Assembly (NCBI GenBank): GCA_030390025.1
Contig: JASTWF010001722.1
Location: 1-63,000 of the forward strand
Source of the DNA: Squalus acanthias
Taxonomy: Eukaryota
Length of the DNA: 63,000 nucleotides
Reading direction: 5' to 3'
Positions 13,171-26,151 of the stretch are shown piece by piece. The translations under genes were made by a program, and so were the position numbers. The notes under the pieces are model-generated. The model ran no database searches, was not told the DNA's origin, and saw only the letters and a list, made by a program, of their open reading frames with translations. Numbering within the stretch: the stretch's first letter is position 1; each line of letters starts with the position of its first letter.

Positions 13171-13796
13171 TACATGTTATTCCTGTATATAAAATGGATG
13201 ATAGAACAATTCCAAGGATTTACGACCAGTTAGCATAACGTCGATGGGAGGAAAGATAATGGAATCCTTACACAAAGATGTTACAGGAAAACATCTAGAA
13301 ACACAAAATAGAATAACGAGTAGTCAGCAGGTATTCCAAAAGGGAATCATAGAATGGTTACAGCAGAGGCTGAGGCCATTCGGCCTGTCGAGCCCGTGCT
13401 CATTCTCTGCACATGCAATGCAGCAAATCCCAATCCACCGCACTTTCGCCATAGCCCTGCAATTCTATTCCTTCAGGTACTTATCCCATTACCTTTTCAA
13501 AGCTACGATTGAATCCGCCTCCACCACACTTTCACTCACTGCCTTAAAAATGTTTTCCTCATGTCACCTTTGCATCTTCAGCACATCACCTAAAACCTCT
13601 GCCCTCTGGTTGTCGGCCTTCCACCAATGGGAATAGCTTCTCTCTATCTACTCTCTACTCTGTCTGGACCCCTCATGATTTTGATCACCTCAATCATATC
13701 TCCTCTCAATCTTCTCTGCTCTAACGAGAACAACCTCAGCTTCTCTAGTATATCTGCATAACTGAAGTCCCTCATCCCTGTAACCATTGTTATACA

Positions 13797-16700
13797 TTCA
13801 TAGAATCATAGAAGATAGGAGCAGGGGTAGGCCATTGGACCCCTCTAGCCTGCTCCACCATTCAATGCGATCATGGCTGATCATCCAAATTCAGTACCCT
13901 GTCCTTGCTTTCTCCCCATATCCCTTGATCCCTTTAGCCTTAAGAAATATAGCCAACTCCTTCTTGAATCTATTTAATGAATTGGCCTCTACTGCCTTCT
14001 GTGGCAGAGAATTCCACAGGTTTACCACTCTCTGGGTGAAGATATTCCTCCTCATTTCAGTCCTAAATGGCTTACCCCATATCCTTAGACTGTGACCCCT
14101 GGTTCTGGATTCCCCGACCATCTGGAACATCCTTCCTGCATCTAGTTTGTCCTGCCCTGTCAGAATTTTATAAGTTTCAATGAGATACCCTCTCATTCTT
14201 CTAAACTCCAGCGAGTATGAGCCCAATCGACCCAATCTCTCTTCATACGTCATTCCTGCCATCCCAGTTATCAGCCTTGTGAATCTTCGCTGAACTCCTT
14301 CCATGGCAAGAACATCCTTCCTCAGATATGGCGATCAAAACTGCACACAGTACTCAAGGTGTGGTCTCACCAAGGCCCTGTACAACTGCAGCAAGACATC
14401 CTTGTCCCTGGACTCAAACCCTCTCGCTATGAAGGCCAATATACCATTTGCCTTCTTAACCGCCTGCTGCACCTGCATGCTTACCTTCAGCGACTGGTGC
14501 ACAAGAACACCCAGGTCTCGTTGCACTTCCCCTTCTCCAAATCTATTGCCATTCAGATAATAATCTGCCTTTCTGTTTTTGACACCAAAGTGGATAACCT
14601 CGCATTTATCCACGTTAAATTGCATCTGCCACGCTTCTGCCCAATCACTCAACCTGTCCAAAACATCCTGGAGGTTCTCGGCATCCTCCTCGCTGCACAC
14701 ACGCCCACCCAGTTTTGTGTCGTCAGTGAACTTGGAGATATTACATCTAGTTCCCTTGTCTAGATCATGAATCTATATTGTGAATGGCTGGGGTCCAAGG
14801 ACCGATCCCTGCGGTACCCCACTAGTCACTGCCTGCCACACGGAAAAAGAATCGTTTATTACCACTCTTTGCTCTCTGTCCGCCAACCAGTTCTCTATCC
14901 AAGTCAATACCTTGCCCCCAATCCCATGTGCCTGAACTTTGCACGCTAATCTCTTATGCGGGACCCTATCAAAAGCCTTTTGGAAGTCCAAATACACACC
15001 ATCCACTGGTTCTCCCTCATCTATTTTACCAGTTACATTCTCAAAAAATGCCAGTAGATTAGTCAAGCATGATTTACATTTTGTAATTCCATGTTGACTT
15101 TGTCCGATCCTGTCACTGCTTTCCAAATGCTCAGCTATTACATCTTTTATAATGGATTCTAGCATTTTCACCACTACCGATGTCAGGCTTACCGGTCTGT
15201 AATTCCCCGTTTTCTCTCTACCACATTTTTTTGAATAGTGGGGTTAAATTATCTAACTTCCAATCCATGGGTACTGTTCCAGAATCCATCGAATGTTGGA
15301 AGATGATCAGCATTGCATCTACTATTTCTAGGGCTACTTCCTTAAGTACCCTAGGATGTAGATTATCAGGCCCTGGGGATTTATCGGCGTTCAATCCCTT
15401 TAATTTCCCTCACAGCATTTCCCTACAAATACTGATTTCATTCAGTTCCTCCTTTTCATCAGACCGTATGTTCCTCAACATCTCTGTGAGGTTATTTTTG
15501 TCCTCCTTTGTGAAGACAGAACCAAAATATGTATTTAGTTGGCCTGACATTTCGTTGTTCCCCATTATAAGTTCCCCTGATTCTGACCTATGCTTGATTT
15601 CACTAATCTTTTTCTCTTCACATATCTATACATGCTTTTACAGTCATTTTTTATGTTCCCAGTTAGCTTACACTCGTATTCTATTTTTCCCTTCTTAATT
15701 AATCCCTTTGTCCTCCTTTGTTCAATCTTAAAATGCTCCCAATCCTCAGGGTTACTTCTTTTTCTGGCCAATTTGTATGCCCTCTACTTGAATATTATGC
15801 TATCCCTAATCTCCCTTGTTAGCCACGGTTGAGTCACCCTTTTTGTTTTATTCTTATGCCAAACTGGGATGAAAAAATTCTGTAGTTCGTCCATGCGGTC
15901 TTTGAATGTTTGCCATTGCCTATCCACCGACAACCCTTTGAGTGACATTCCCCAATCAATCCTACCCAACTCGCACCTCATACCATCGTAGATTCCTTTA
16001 TTTAAATTCAGGACGCTAGTCTCTGAGTCAACTACTTCACTCTCCATCCTAATGAAGAATTCTATCATATTATGATCGCTCCGACCCAAGCGGCCTCGCA
16101 CAACAAGATTGCTAATTAATCCTTTCCCATTGCATAATACCCAGTCTAAGATGGCCTGATCTCAGGTTGGTTCCTCAACATATTGGTCCAGGAAACCATC
16201 CCGTAAACACTGCAGAAATTCCTCCTCCATAGTATTTTTACTAATTTGGTTAGCCCAATCTATATGTAGATTAAAGTCACCCATGATGACTGCTGTGCCC
16301 TTATTGCACGCTTCTCTAATTTCCATTTCAATGCCATCCCCAATCTTCGCATTACTGTTTGGAGGTCTATATATCACTCCCACTAACGTTTTCTGCCCCT
16401 TGTTATTTCTCAGTTCAACCCATACAGATTCCACATCATCAGATCTAATATCCTTCCTTTCAATTGTGTTATCCCCTCTTTAAACAGCAATGCTACCCCA
16501 CCTCCCTTTCCTTTTTGCCTATATTACCTGAATATTGAGTATCCCTGGATGTTGAATTCCCAGCATTGGCCACCCTGGAGCCATGTTTCGGTAATCCCAA
16601 TCAAATCATATTCGTTTACCTCTATTTGCGCAGCTAATTCATCCACCTTGTTCCGAATGCTCCTTGCAATAAGACACAACGCCTCCAGACTTGTTTTTTT

Positions 16701-18440
16701 TAACGCTCTTAGACCTATTAGAATTAGTAGTTACTGTGGCCATGTTTGATTTAAGCCGTTGTTTTCTCTGACTGCCACTTTTGTTTTTCTGCTTCCTATC
16801 TTTTGATTTATCCTTTTTTCCTTTCCTCTGTCTCCCTGCTCAGGTTCCCAACCCTCTGCCATTTTAGTATAAACCCTCCCCCAGAGCACTAGCAAACACT
16901 CCCCCTAGGACATCGGTCCTGGCCCTGCCCAGGTGTAGACCGTCCGGTTTGTACTGGTCCCACCTCCCCCAGAACCGGTTCCAATGCCCCAGGAATTTGA
17001 ATCCCCCCCTCTTGCACCATTCCTCTAGCTACGTATTCATTTGAAATATCCTCCTATTTCTACTCTGACTAGAACGTGGCACTGGTAGCAATCCTGAGAT
17101 TACTACTTTTGAGGTCCTATATTTTAATTTAGCTCCTAACTCCCTATATTCTGCTTTTAGGACCTCATCCCGTTTTTTACCTATATCGTTGGTACCTATA
17201 TGCACCACGACAACTGGCTGTTCACCCTCCCCTTCAAAAATGCTCTGTAGCCTCTCTGAGACATCCTTGGCCCTTGCACCAGGGAGGCTACATAAAATCC
17301 TTGAGCTCGTTTGCAGCCGCAGAAACGGCTATCTATTCCCCTTACAATAGAATCATAGAATCCCCTATCACTATAGCTCTCCCACTCTTTCTCTTCACAA
17401 CCTGTGCAGCAGAACCACCTATGGTGCTAGGAAGTTGGCTGCTGCTGTCTTCCCCTGATAAGCCATCTCCCTCAACAATATCCAAAGCGGTATATCTGTT
17501 TGAGAGGGGGTTGGCCACAGGGGACACCTGCACTACCTGCCTCCGCCTATTACTCCGCCTGGTGCTCACCCATTCCCTTCCTTCCTGTACACCCTTTACC
17601 TGTGGTGTGACCAACTCCCTAAACGTGCTATCCACGATGTCCTCAGCATCGCGAATGCTCCAGTATGCATCCATCCGCAGCTCCAGTGACGCAATGCGGT
17701 CTGTCAGTAGCTGCAGCTGGATACATCTCCCGCACACATGGTTGTCAGGGACACAGGAAGTGTCCCTGATTTCCCACATAGTGCAGGAAGAGCATTTCAC
17801 AGCTCCAAGCTGTACTGCCATGATTTAAACTTTAATTAATTAATTAATTAAACATAAATTAAAATGAAATGCATCCCACCAATTGCACTGGAATTAAGTG
17901 ATATACTCAAGAGCCCTTGCTTAACAGTAGTGCCCGCTACACAAAGAGACCATAGAAAACACAAAATTTAAGTTAAGAAAAATTGAGAAAGAATACACTC
18001 ACCAACCAATCAATTACCTGCTTTTTGGTGACGTCACACTACTAATCCTTTTTGCATCCCTCCCCGGCAACCTGGATATGTAAGCCGCCTCGGGGTTCAC
18101 TTTAAGTACCGCCGCTCGCCGCCTCTGTTCCCTCGCCGCTCTCGGCCTCGCTGCCGCCTCGGGGTTCACTTTAAGTACCGCCGCTCGCCGCCTCTGTTCC
18201 CTCGCCGCTCTGGGCCTCGCTGCCGCCTCGGGGTTCACTTTAAGTACCGCCGCTCGCCGCCTCTGTTCCCTCGCCGCTCTCGGCCTCGCTGCCGCCTCGG
18301 GGTTCACTTTAAGTACCGCCGCTCGCCGCCTCTGTTCCCTCGCCGCTCTCGGCCTCGCTGCCGCCTCGGGGTTCACTTTCAGTACCGCCGCTCGCCGCCT
18401 CTTATCCCTCGCAGGTCCGCCGCCTCCCCAGCCTCGCCGC
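13797..18440 (-). mobile_element. Near full-length CR1 LINE (about 4.6 kb): 5' UTR with tandem monomers, ORF1 (Zn finger + SGNH esterase-like), ORF2 (APE + RT), short-repeat tail; disrupted; inserted into an older CR1 (about 13345-13790 and 18445-18705)
   Basis: ORF1 MAVQLGAVKCSSCTMWE...VCGRC...AIVIGDS (17821); endonuclease motifs VGVIYRPP, MGDFN, SDHN; RT motifs; (ttctatga)n tail. Confidence 0.92.
18084..18400 (-). repeat. 69-bp CpG-rich tandem monomers (about 4.6 copies) in the CR1 5' UTR
   Basis: Near-identical unit gccgcctcggggttcactttaagtaccgccgctcgccgcctctgttccctcgccgctctcggcctcgct. Confidence 0.95.
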
Positions 18441-18709
18441 TCTTGTTGTAATTTTTTTCTGCACCCTATCTAAAGCCTTCATGCCCTTCCTAAAGTGCCC
18501 AGAATTGCACACAATACTCCAGTTGTGGCCGGAACAATGTTTTATAAATCTTTATCATAACTTCCTTCCTTTTGTACTCTATGCCTCTATTTATAAATCT
18601 CAGATTCCCGGAAACATTTTTAACCACTTTCTCAACCTGCCCTGCCACCTTCAATGATTTTTGTACTTGTACCCCAGGTTCCTCTGTTCCTGCACCATCT
18701 TTAGAATGT

Positions 18710-19925
18710 CTTGCTTGAGTAACCTTAGTTAATTATTTGAATAAGTATCAGAAAGAGTAGATAAGGGTAATGCAGAATATGTAATATGCTTTGATTTTAT
18801 AAAGCCATTCGATAAGGTACCACATAACAGACTGAATCACAGAGCAAGTGAAGTTAGGAGACAAGCAGCAGAATGGATAGCAAGATGGCTGCAAGAACAG
18901 AAAATAGGGAGTAGTGGATAAAGCTATTTATTCAGACAGGTGGATGGTGAGAAGTGATGTTCCACAAGGATCGGTGTTGGGATCCCTTTTCACCATTTAC
19001 ATAAACGATATTGTTTCCGGAAGCAGAAGCACAAATTCAAAATTTGCAGATGAATCCAAATTGGGAATAGAGTTAATACAGAGGAAGAATCCAACACAAT
19101 ATCTGAAGACATTAATACACTTGCAGAAAGGGCGTTTAAATGGAAAATTTATTTCTATATAGCTAAGTGAGAGGTACTGCATTTTGCTAGGAAGAATAAG
19201 GTTCCCAAATACTCCTTGGAAAATCAGAGAGGGAATGGGGTAGAGCGGTACCGATTAACAAATCATTTAAAGTAGCAAAACATATTAAGAAGACCATAAA
19301 CATGGAAACAAAGCACTGGGGTTCATTTCTAGACGAATAGAATCGTAAAGCAATGAGGTTAGTTTAAACTTATATCGAACCTTGGTTATACCACACTGAG
19401 CGGACTGTGTGCAGTTCTGATCTCCATATTACATAAAGGATATTAAGGCTCTGGAGAAAGTGTAATTTTCTTAGAAGGCTGACACCAGAACGGAGACATT
19501 ATAACCATCAGGAAATATTGAACAGGCTGGAGCTCCTTTCTTTACAAAAGAGAAGGCCGAGGGGTGTTCTAATAGAAGCCATTAAAATTTTGATGGGGTA
19601 ACATAGGGTAGATGTTTATACTTGTGACGTGAGTGCAAAATTAGAGATTATCGATAAAAGATAGTTAATAATAAATCCAATACGGAATTGAGGAGAAATT
19701 TCTTTACTCAGAGAGTGGTTAGAATGTGGAACTCGCTACAACTTGGAGTGCTTGAGCCGAATGGCAGAGATGCATTTAAGGGGAAGCGAGAGAAGTACAC
19801 GCGGTAGAAAGCAGTAGAAGGTTATGTTGATAGGGTTTGATGAAGAGGGGTGGGAGGAGGCTCCTGTGGAGCATAAACACTGGCATAACCTAGTAGGGCC
19901 GAATGGCCTGTTTTGTGCTGTAAAT
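18710..19925 (+). mobile_element. Old CR1 ORF2 3' fragment
   Basis: VPQGSVLG and KFADES motifs, CR1 tail; heavily decayed. Confidence 0.8.
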
Positions 19926-20202
19926 TCTAAGGAGTTCTCCGTAACTTGAGTACAAATTAATCACATTCAACCGTTCATTTAATCATCGCGGATATTGAAG
20001 TGTGTTATTTGTTGAAGCATTCCAATATTTATTTCAATATTATCAATTTATTAATTTGGAAGAATAAGTCATTATACAGAGGATCTGAATACTGTTCCAC
20101 TGCTGTCCTGCTGTTTAACTGTTAGTAATTAGTTAACATCTGTTTCTGTTGGTGCAGTTCAATACAAAACAAAACATTATCAATATATTTCACCTTATAT
20201 AT

Positions 20203-20700
20203 GAACATAAGAACATAAGCAATAGAAACAGGAGTAGGCCATACGGCCCCTCGAGCCTGCTCTGCCATTCAATAAGATCATGGCTGTTCATCGACCTCAA
20301 TAGCCCGTTCCTGCCCGATCTCCATATCCCTTGATTCCCCTAGTGTCCAAAAATCCATCTATCTCAGTCTTGAATATACTCAAACACTCAGCATTCACAG
20401 CATTCTGGGGCAGAGAATTCCAAAGATTCACAAACCTCTGCGTGAAGAATATCCTTCTCATCACAGTCTTAAATGGCCTTCCCCTTATCCTGAGACCTGA
20501 GTTCTAGGCACTCCAGCCAGGGGAAACAGCCTCTCAGCATCTAACCCTGGCAATCCACTTCAGAATCTTGAATGTTTCAATGAGATCACCTCCCATTCTT
20601 CTAAACTGCAGAGAGTATCGGCCCATTCTACACAATCTCTCATCATAGTACAGCCCTCTCATCCCAGGAATCAATCTCGTGAACCTTCGTTGCAGCGCCT
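20203..20700 (-). mobile_element. CR1 3' fragment
   Basis: gaacataagaacataag tail followed by the typical CR1 3' sequence. Confidence 0.85.
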
Positions 20701-20876
20701 CATATGCTTATAACCAAACTTCGTCAACCAACATAAAAAATCCACCCCTTTGCCATTGATTACATTCAGAAAACACGAATGCAGCTCAATGAAGGGGGGG
20801 GGGGGCGGGGTGGTGGTGCTGGGGGGAGGAGATCAGTCATCTGAAACAATAATGTCAAATTCGAACCGATTTGTTC

Positions 20877-21422
20877 AACTCCGGTTAGTGATCCACACTC
20901 AGTACAATTCTACAGTGACAGACACTCCCAGTAATACATGGCCAATAGGGTCAGGTGTTCCACTCCGGTTAGTGACCCAAATTAACTGCAATTCTACAAT
21001 GAGAGATACTCCCAGTAATACATGGCCACTGGGGTCAGATGTTCCACTCCGGTTAGTGATCCACACTCAGTACTGTTCTACACTGACAGATACACACAGT
21101 AATACATGGCCACTGGGGTCAGGTGTTCCACTGCGGTTAGTGACCCACACTCAGTACAGTTCTACAGTGACAGATACTCCCAGTAATACATGGCCACTGG
21201 GGTCAGGTGTTTAACTCCAGTTAGTGAACCACACTCAGTACAGTTCTACAGTGACAGATACTCCCAGTAATATATGGCCACTGGGGTCAGGACCTCCACT
21301 CCTGTTAGTGACCCGCACTCAGGACAGTTCTACAGTGACAGATACTCCCAGTAATACATGGTTAAAGGGGTCATGTGCTCCACTCCAGTTAGTGACCCAC
21401 ACTCAGTAGTTCTACAGTGACA
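20877..21422. repeat. 84-bp tandem repeat (about 6.5 copies) near the 5' end of the GPCR intron
   Basis: cactccggttagtga at 20961 recurs at 21045; 28-aa periodicity in the ORF track. Confidence 0.92.
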
Positions 21423-21741
21423 GGCCCTTCCACTAATGCCTTCTCTCACAGAGTTGCTACACTGAGGTCTGATTCAACAGTACACAATATTACAATAAAG
21501 GCAATAACTTCATAACACAGCGAGCCCGTGAGTTACAAACAGAGTTTTACTTTCAGTTGAGGCAATGGAATAAAACCTCAGCAGTAATTCAGGACATTTG
21601 ACTAAACGAAATGCTATCACTGATCGGGTGTCTCTATAATGGGGATCACTAGACCTGCATGTAACATTGTCAGTCACAGAGCAAAACCAGAGACCAGCTC
21701 ACACACAGCTTTACACAACTTCAATGGTTATTGTCACTTAC

Positions 21742-21808
21742 CAGGAACACCAATGACGGCAATGATCATGTAGCATATTTTCAGGATACCGTCAAATGGC
21801 AGATGCAT
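21742..21808 (-). CDS. GPR139-like: GPR139-like GPCR exon 1 (MHLPFDGILKICYMIIAVIGVP + 1 nt)
   Basis: ATG at 21808; 67 nt ending G|GTAAGT; the phase-1 join to exon 2 (G+TG = Val) completes TM1 as IIAVIGVPVNLLAIVIL; total 324 aa. Confidence 0.88.
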
Positions 21809-22324
21809 TTTCTGTGTGAAGCGATGTGTCCCTTCGTGCTACAGGCAATCTCTGAATTAAACTCTGAGGCGGGATATTCCAAGAGCCTTTCATTTATTAC
21901 CTGCGGTATCTCCACGGGGACACTGAGGTTGCAACATCGCTGAAAATACCATTGAAAAAACATTTGAACAAACAGATGACGACAGCCGAGTTATCTCCCT
22001 GTTGTGATGAAATATATTTCGTGCTGAGATTGAAATTGAAAACCCCAAAGACCGGAGAATTCTGATCACATGAATTAACTAATGAAAATTGCCAGCTCTA
22101 TTCTCCCAGCAATAGGTTTGTTGTTGCAAAGACCACCAGGCCCATCTCTAGAGCACATATTGTTTCGGTGATGTCCTTGACTCTTCTGTGGCCATTCAGT
22201 AATTAAATTTCAAATGTAAGAATGTCCTCTCAGGGCTGCTCTACTGCACTATGGGATGGGACTGTCCGCCTTAACTGTGGCCATTTAGTTAAACAATTAA
22301 AATGGTGAATTTGTGTCGATGGAT

Positions 22325-23270
22325 CCTCAAACTAATACAGTCCCTCAAACTGATACAGCTCCTCAAACTAATACAGCTCCTCAAAATAATAGAGTACCTC
22401 AAACTAATGCAGTACCTCAAACTAATGCAGTATCTGAATTAATACAGCCCCTCAACTAATACAGTCCCTCAAACTAATACAGCCCCTCAAACTAATACAT
22501 CCCCTCAAACTAATACAGCCCCTAAAACTAATAGAGCCTCTCAATCTAATACAACCCCTCAAACTAGTACAGCTCCTCAAACTAGTATAGCCCCTCATAG
22601 ATTCATAGAATCATAGAAGATAGGAGCAGGAGTAGGCCATTCGGCCCCTCCAGCCTGCTCCGCCATTCAATGCGATCATGGCTTCTCATCCAAATTCAGT
22701 ACCCTGTCCCTGCTTTCTCCCCATATCCCTTGATCCCTTTAGCCTTAAGAAATATATCCAAATCCTTCTTGAATCTATTTAATGAATTGGCCTCTGCTGC
22801 CTTCTGTGGCAGAGAATTCCACAGGTTCACCACTCTCTGGGTGAAGAAATTCCACCTCATTTCAGTCCTAAATGGCTTACCCCTTATCCTTAGACTGTGA
22901 CCCCTGGTTCTGGACTGCCCGACCATCGGGAACATCCTTCCTGCATCTAGTTTATCCTGTCCTGTCAGAATTTTATAAGTTTCAATGAGATCCCCTCTCA
23001 TTCTTCTAAACTCCAGCGAGTATAAGCCCAATCGACCCAATCTCTCTTCATACGTCATTCCTGCCATCCCAGGTATCAGCCTCAAACTAATACAGCCCCT
23101 GAATCTAATAGAGCCCCTCAAACTAATGCACCCCCTCAAACTAATACAGCCCCTCAAACTAATACAGATCCTCAAACTAATACACCCCATCAAACTAATA
23201 CACACCCTCAAACTAATACAGCCCCTCAAACTAATAAAGCACCTCTAACTAAAACAACACCTCAAACTAG
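22325..23270. repeat. 18-bp minisatellite (CCTCAAACTAATACAGCC)n split by a CR1 insertion
   Basis: Arrays at 22325-22596 and 23080-23270. Confidence 0.92.
22597..23080 (-). mobile_element. Young 5'-truncated CR1, same subfamily as 13797-18440
   Basis: Intact RLIPGMAGMTYEERLGRLGLYSLEFRRMRGDL...GYGEKAGTGY frame and tail; very similar to 13800-14275. Confidence 0.92.
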
Positions 23271-23499
23271 TAGCCAGGCCCGCCCACCACCTCTCTGGTA
23301 CAAAGTTCTGTAATCTCGTGTTCCCACGAACTCACAGTGCATGAGATTTCTCTTGTCAGACACCATGAGTTCGTTACCAGGTTAACAAGAAATGATTGTA
23401 CAGTTTATTTGAAGAGTTTAACAATGCGAATTCTACATACATTTTTAAAAGTCTTCAGTTTATTTCTGTTAAGTTAGTAATGGTCTTTTAAATAAAGGC

Positions 23500-24663
23500 A
23501 TGGCAGGGCACCTCATTCCCTTGGAATGCACATCTTGTGCCATGTCTGAACTCCATACGCTTCCCGTGTCCTGGACAACCACATGTGCAGGAGGTGTCGT
23601 CAGCTGGAGGAGCTCGAACTCCGGGTTCAGGAGTTTGAGCAGCAACTGGCGTCACTGCGGTGCATCCGTGAGGCTGACAGCTACTTCGATAGCACGTTTC
23701 AGGAGGTGGTCACACAGCAGCTTAAGAGTGTGCAGGCAGAGAGGGGATGGGTGACTGCCAGACAGATAAGGAGGAATAGGCAGGTCGTTCATCTCACTCT
23801 CTAACCGGTATTCAGTTCTAAATACTGGAGAGGGCAATGGTTCATCTGGCGAGTACAGCCAGAGCCAAGTCCAGAACTAGTCCAGTGGCTCAGCTGTACA
23901 GTGGGGGGCGGGGGAGAAAGACCAGGAAAGCAGTAGTGATAGGGGATTCAATAGTTAAGGGAACATACATGCGTTTCTGCGGCCGCAGGCGTGAATCCAG
24001 GATGATATGTTGCCTCCCTCGTGCCAGGGTCATGGATGTCACTGAGCAGCTGAAGAACATTCTGAGAGGGGAGTTTGAACAGCCAGAGGTCATTGTCCCT
24101 ATCGGTACCAATGACATAATTAGAAAGAGGGATGAGGATCTGTAGGCAGATTTTTGGGAGCTAGGAAAGAGATTAAAATCAGGACTTCAAAGGTAGTAAT
24201 CTTCGGATTACTCCCAGTGCCTTTGCTGTTGAGTATAGTAATAGGAGGATAGAGCAGATGAATGCGTGGTTGGAGAGATGGTGCAGGAGGGAGTGCCTTA
24301 GAATCCGGGGACATTGGGACCGGTTCTCGGGGAGGTGGGACCTGTACAGGCCAGACAGGTTGCACCACAACAGGACCGCAACCAATGGCCTCGACGGGGA
24401 GGGGGCTGGGTTGCTCGTAGTGTTGGGGAGGTTTTAAACTAATTTAGGCAGTGGGTGGGCACCAGGCTGTAGGATTAGAAAGGAGAAACAAGGTGCACAA
24501 AGGATTGGGAGAGACGGATAGTGCAAGAGTAACAAAGAATAAGTTCCTATGTGGGGTCAGACGAAGAGAATACAAGACAGGTTTACAGTGCACGAGTGTA
24601 AATGCATGAAGTGTGGTTAATAAGGTTGGTGAGCTGCAGGCGCAAATAGCCACATGGAAATAA
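23500..24663 (+). mobile_element. CR1 ORF1 (Zn finger + SGNH-like) and start of ORF2, frameshifted, cut off by a MITE
   Basis: CTSCAM, CRRC, AVVIGDSIV, IGTND motifs. Confidence 0.85.
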
Positions 24664-24664
24664 T

Positions 24665-25407
24665 GGGCCAAAAATTCATCCCGCGACGCGAGAGTACGCA
24701 CTGCGTACTCTTGCATAAATCCCACTCCAATTGCCGGTTTTCTGCATGCCCTGCGCATGCGCTGAAAACCGGCAATTGGTCTTTTGAAAAGGGGGCGGTT
24801 CCTCGGTGCATCGCGTGCGCGCTACAGGCTGCGCGCACGCTGTGCACTTCATGCTTTGGATGCGCAGGTAAGTACGGAAGATTTTAGAAATGGAAAAAGG
24901 AGGAGTAAGACCCACTTTTAACAAGGTAAGTAGTGAATTAAGTATTTTTTTGAATTTTTTTTAACAGGTATATCTTTTTTAGAGACTTTAAAGACAGGTA
25001 AGTTCATTTTTATAACTTTTTAAAAGATTATAAATTTTTTCAAAAATTTAATTTTTTATTTAAAATGGTTAATTTATTTAACTATACTTATTTTATTAAT
25101 GTGATGGTTTTTTTTTAAATTTAATTGAGGTTTAGCTGTTATTTTGGGGGGGTGTAAGATTCATAGATTTCACAGCACGTAAGTGAAACTTATGAATGGA
25201 AGATGGTGTGCTGCCATTGGCTCTAACTGAGTCACGTGATCCCACAGCTCAACGAATTCACTACGCCGGTGGGATACGCAAGCACTGCCCAGCTGATGTC
25301 TGGAACATCAAGTTCGTGCGAGCTGGATCTGAAAAAGCACAAGCGGAGTGAGAGATCGCGGGGAAGCCTTACACCTGCGGGAACAGAGCGAGATCAATTT
25401 CTGGGCC
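24665..25407 (+). mobile_element. Harbinger-associated MITE, copy 1
   Basis: Ends GGGCCAAAAATT ... AATTTCTGGGCC; collinear with copies 2 and 3. Confidence 0.8.
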
Positions 25408-25410
25408 CAT

Positions 25411-26151
25411 GGCCCAAAAATTAGTCTCAGTACGCGAGAGTACGCACTGTGTGCTCTCGCGTATTCGTCTCCAATTGCCGGTTTTCTGCATGCACTGCGC
25501 ATGCGCTGAAAACCGGCACTTGGTGATTTCAAAAGGGGCGGTTCCAAGGTGAACCACGTGCGCGCTACAGGCTGCGCTCACGCAGTGCACTTAGTGCTTT
25601 GAACACGCAGGTAAGCATGGAAGATTTTGCACATAAAGAAAGGAGGCGTAAGATCTTCTTTTAACAAGGTAAGTAGTTAATTAAGTATTATTTTAAATTT
25701 TTTTCAACAGGTATATCTTTTTTAGAGACTTTAAAGAAAGGTAAGTTTATTTTTATAAATTTTTAAAAGATTTTAAATTTTTTCAAAAATTTAATTTTTT
25801 GTTTAAAGTTGTTAATTTATTTAACTATACTTATTTTATTAATGTGATGGTTTTAAAAAAAAATTAATTGAGGTTTAGCTGTTCTTTTGGGGGGGTATAG
25901 ATTCATGGCTTTGACAGCCCTTGCTGTCAAAACTATGAATGAAAGATGGTGTGCTGCCATTGGCTCTAACTGAATCACGTGATCCCACAGCTCGCACGAA
26001 TTAACTGCGTCTGTGGGATACGCACACACTGCACAGCTGCAGCCTTGAAACTAAAGTTCGTGTGAGCTCGGAAGGAAAAGGCAGGTGCGCAGTGAGATAT
26101 CGCGGGGAAGCCTTGCCCCCGCAGGAAGGCTCCGTCTTTAATTTCTGGGCC
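25411..26151 (+). mobile_element. Harbinger-associated MITE, copy 2 (tandem with copy 1, 3-bp spacer CAT)
   Basis: Ends GGCCCAAAAATT ... AATTTCTGGGCC. Confidence 0.82.

Noticed and set aside
18014-18376. Ala/Arg-rich 120-aa ORF
   Set aside because: Translation of the 69-bp LINE 5' monomers
20750-21409. Thr/Ser/Pro-rich repeat protein
   Set aside because: Translation of the intronic 84-bp repeat, interrupted by a stop
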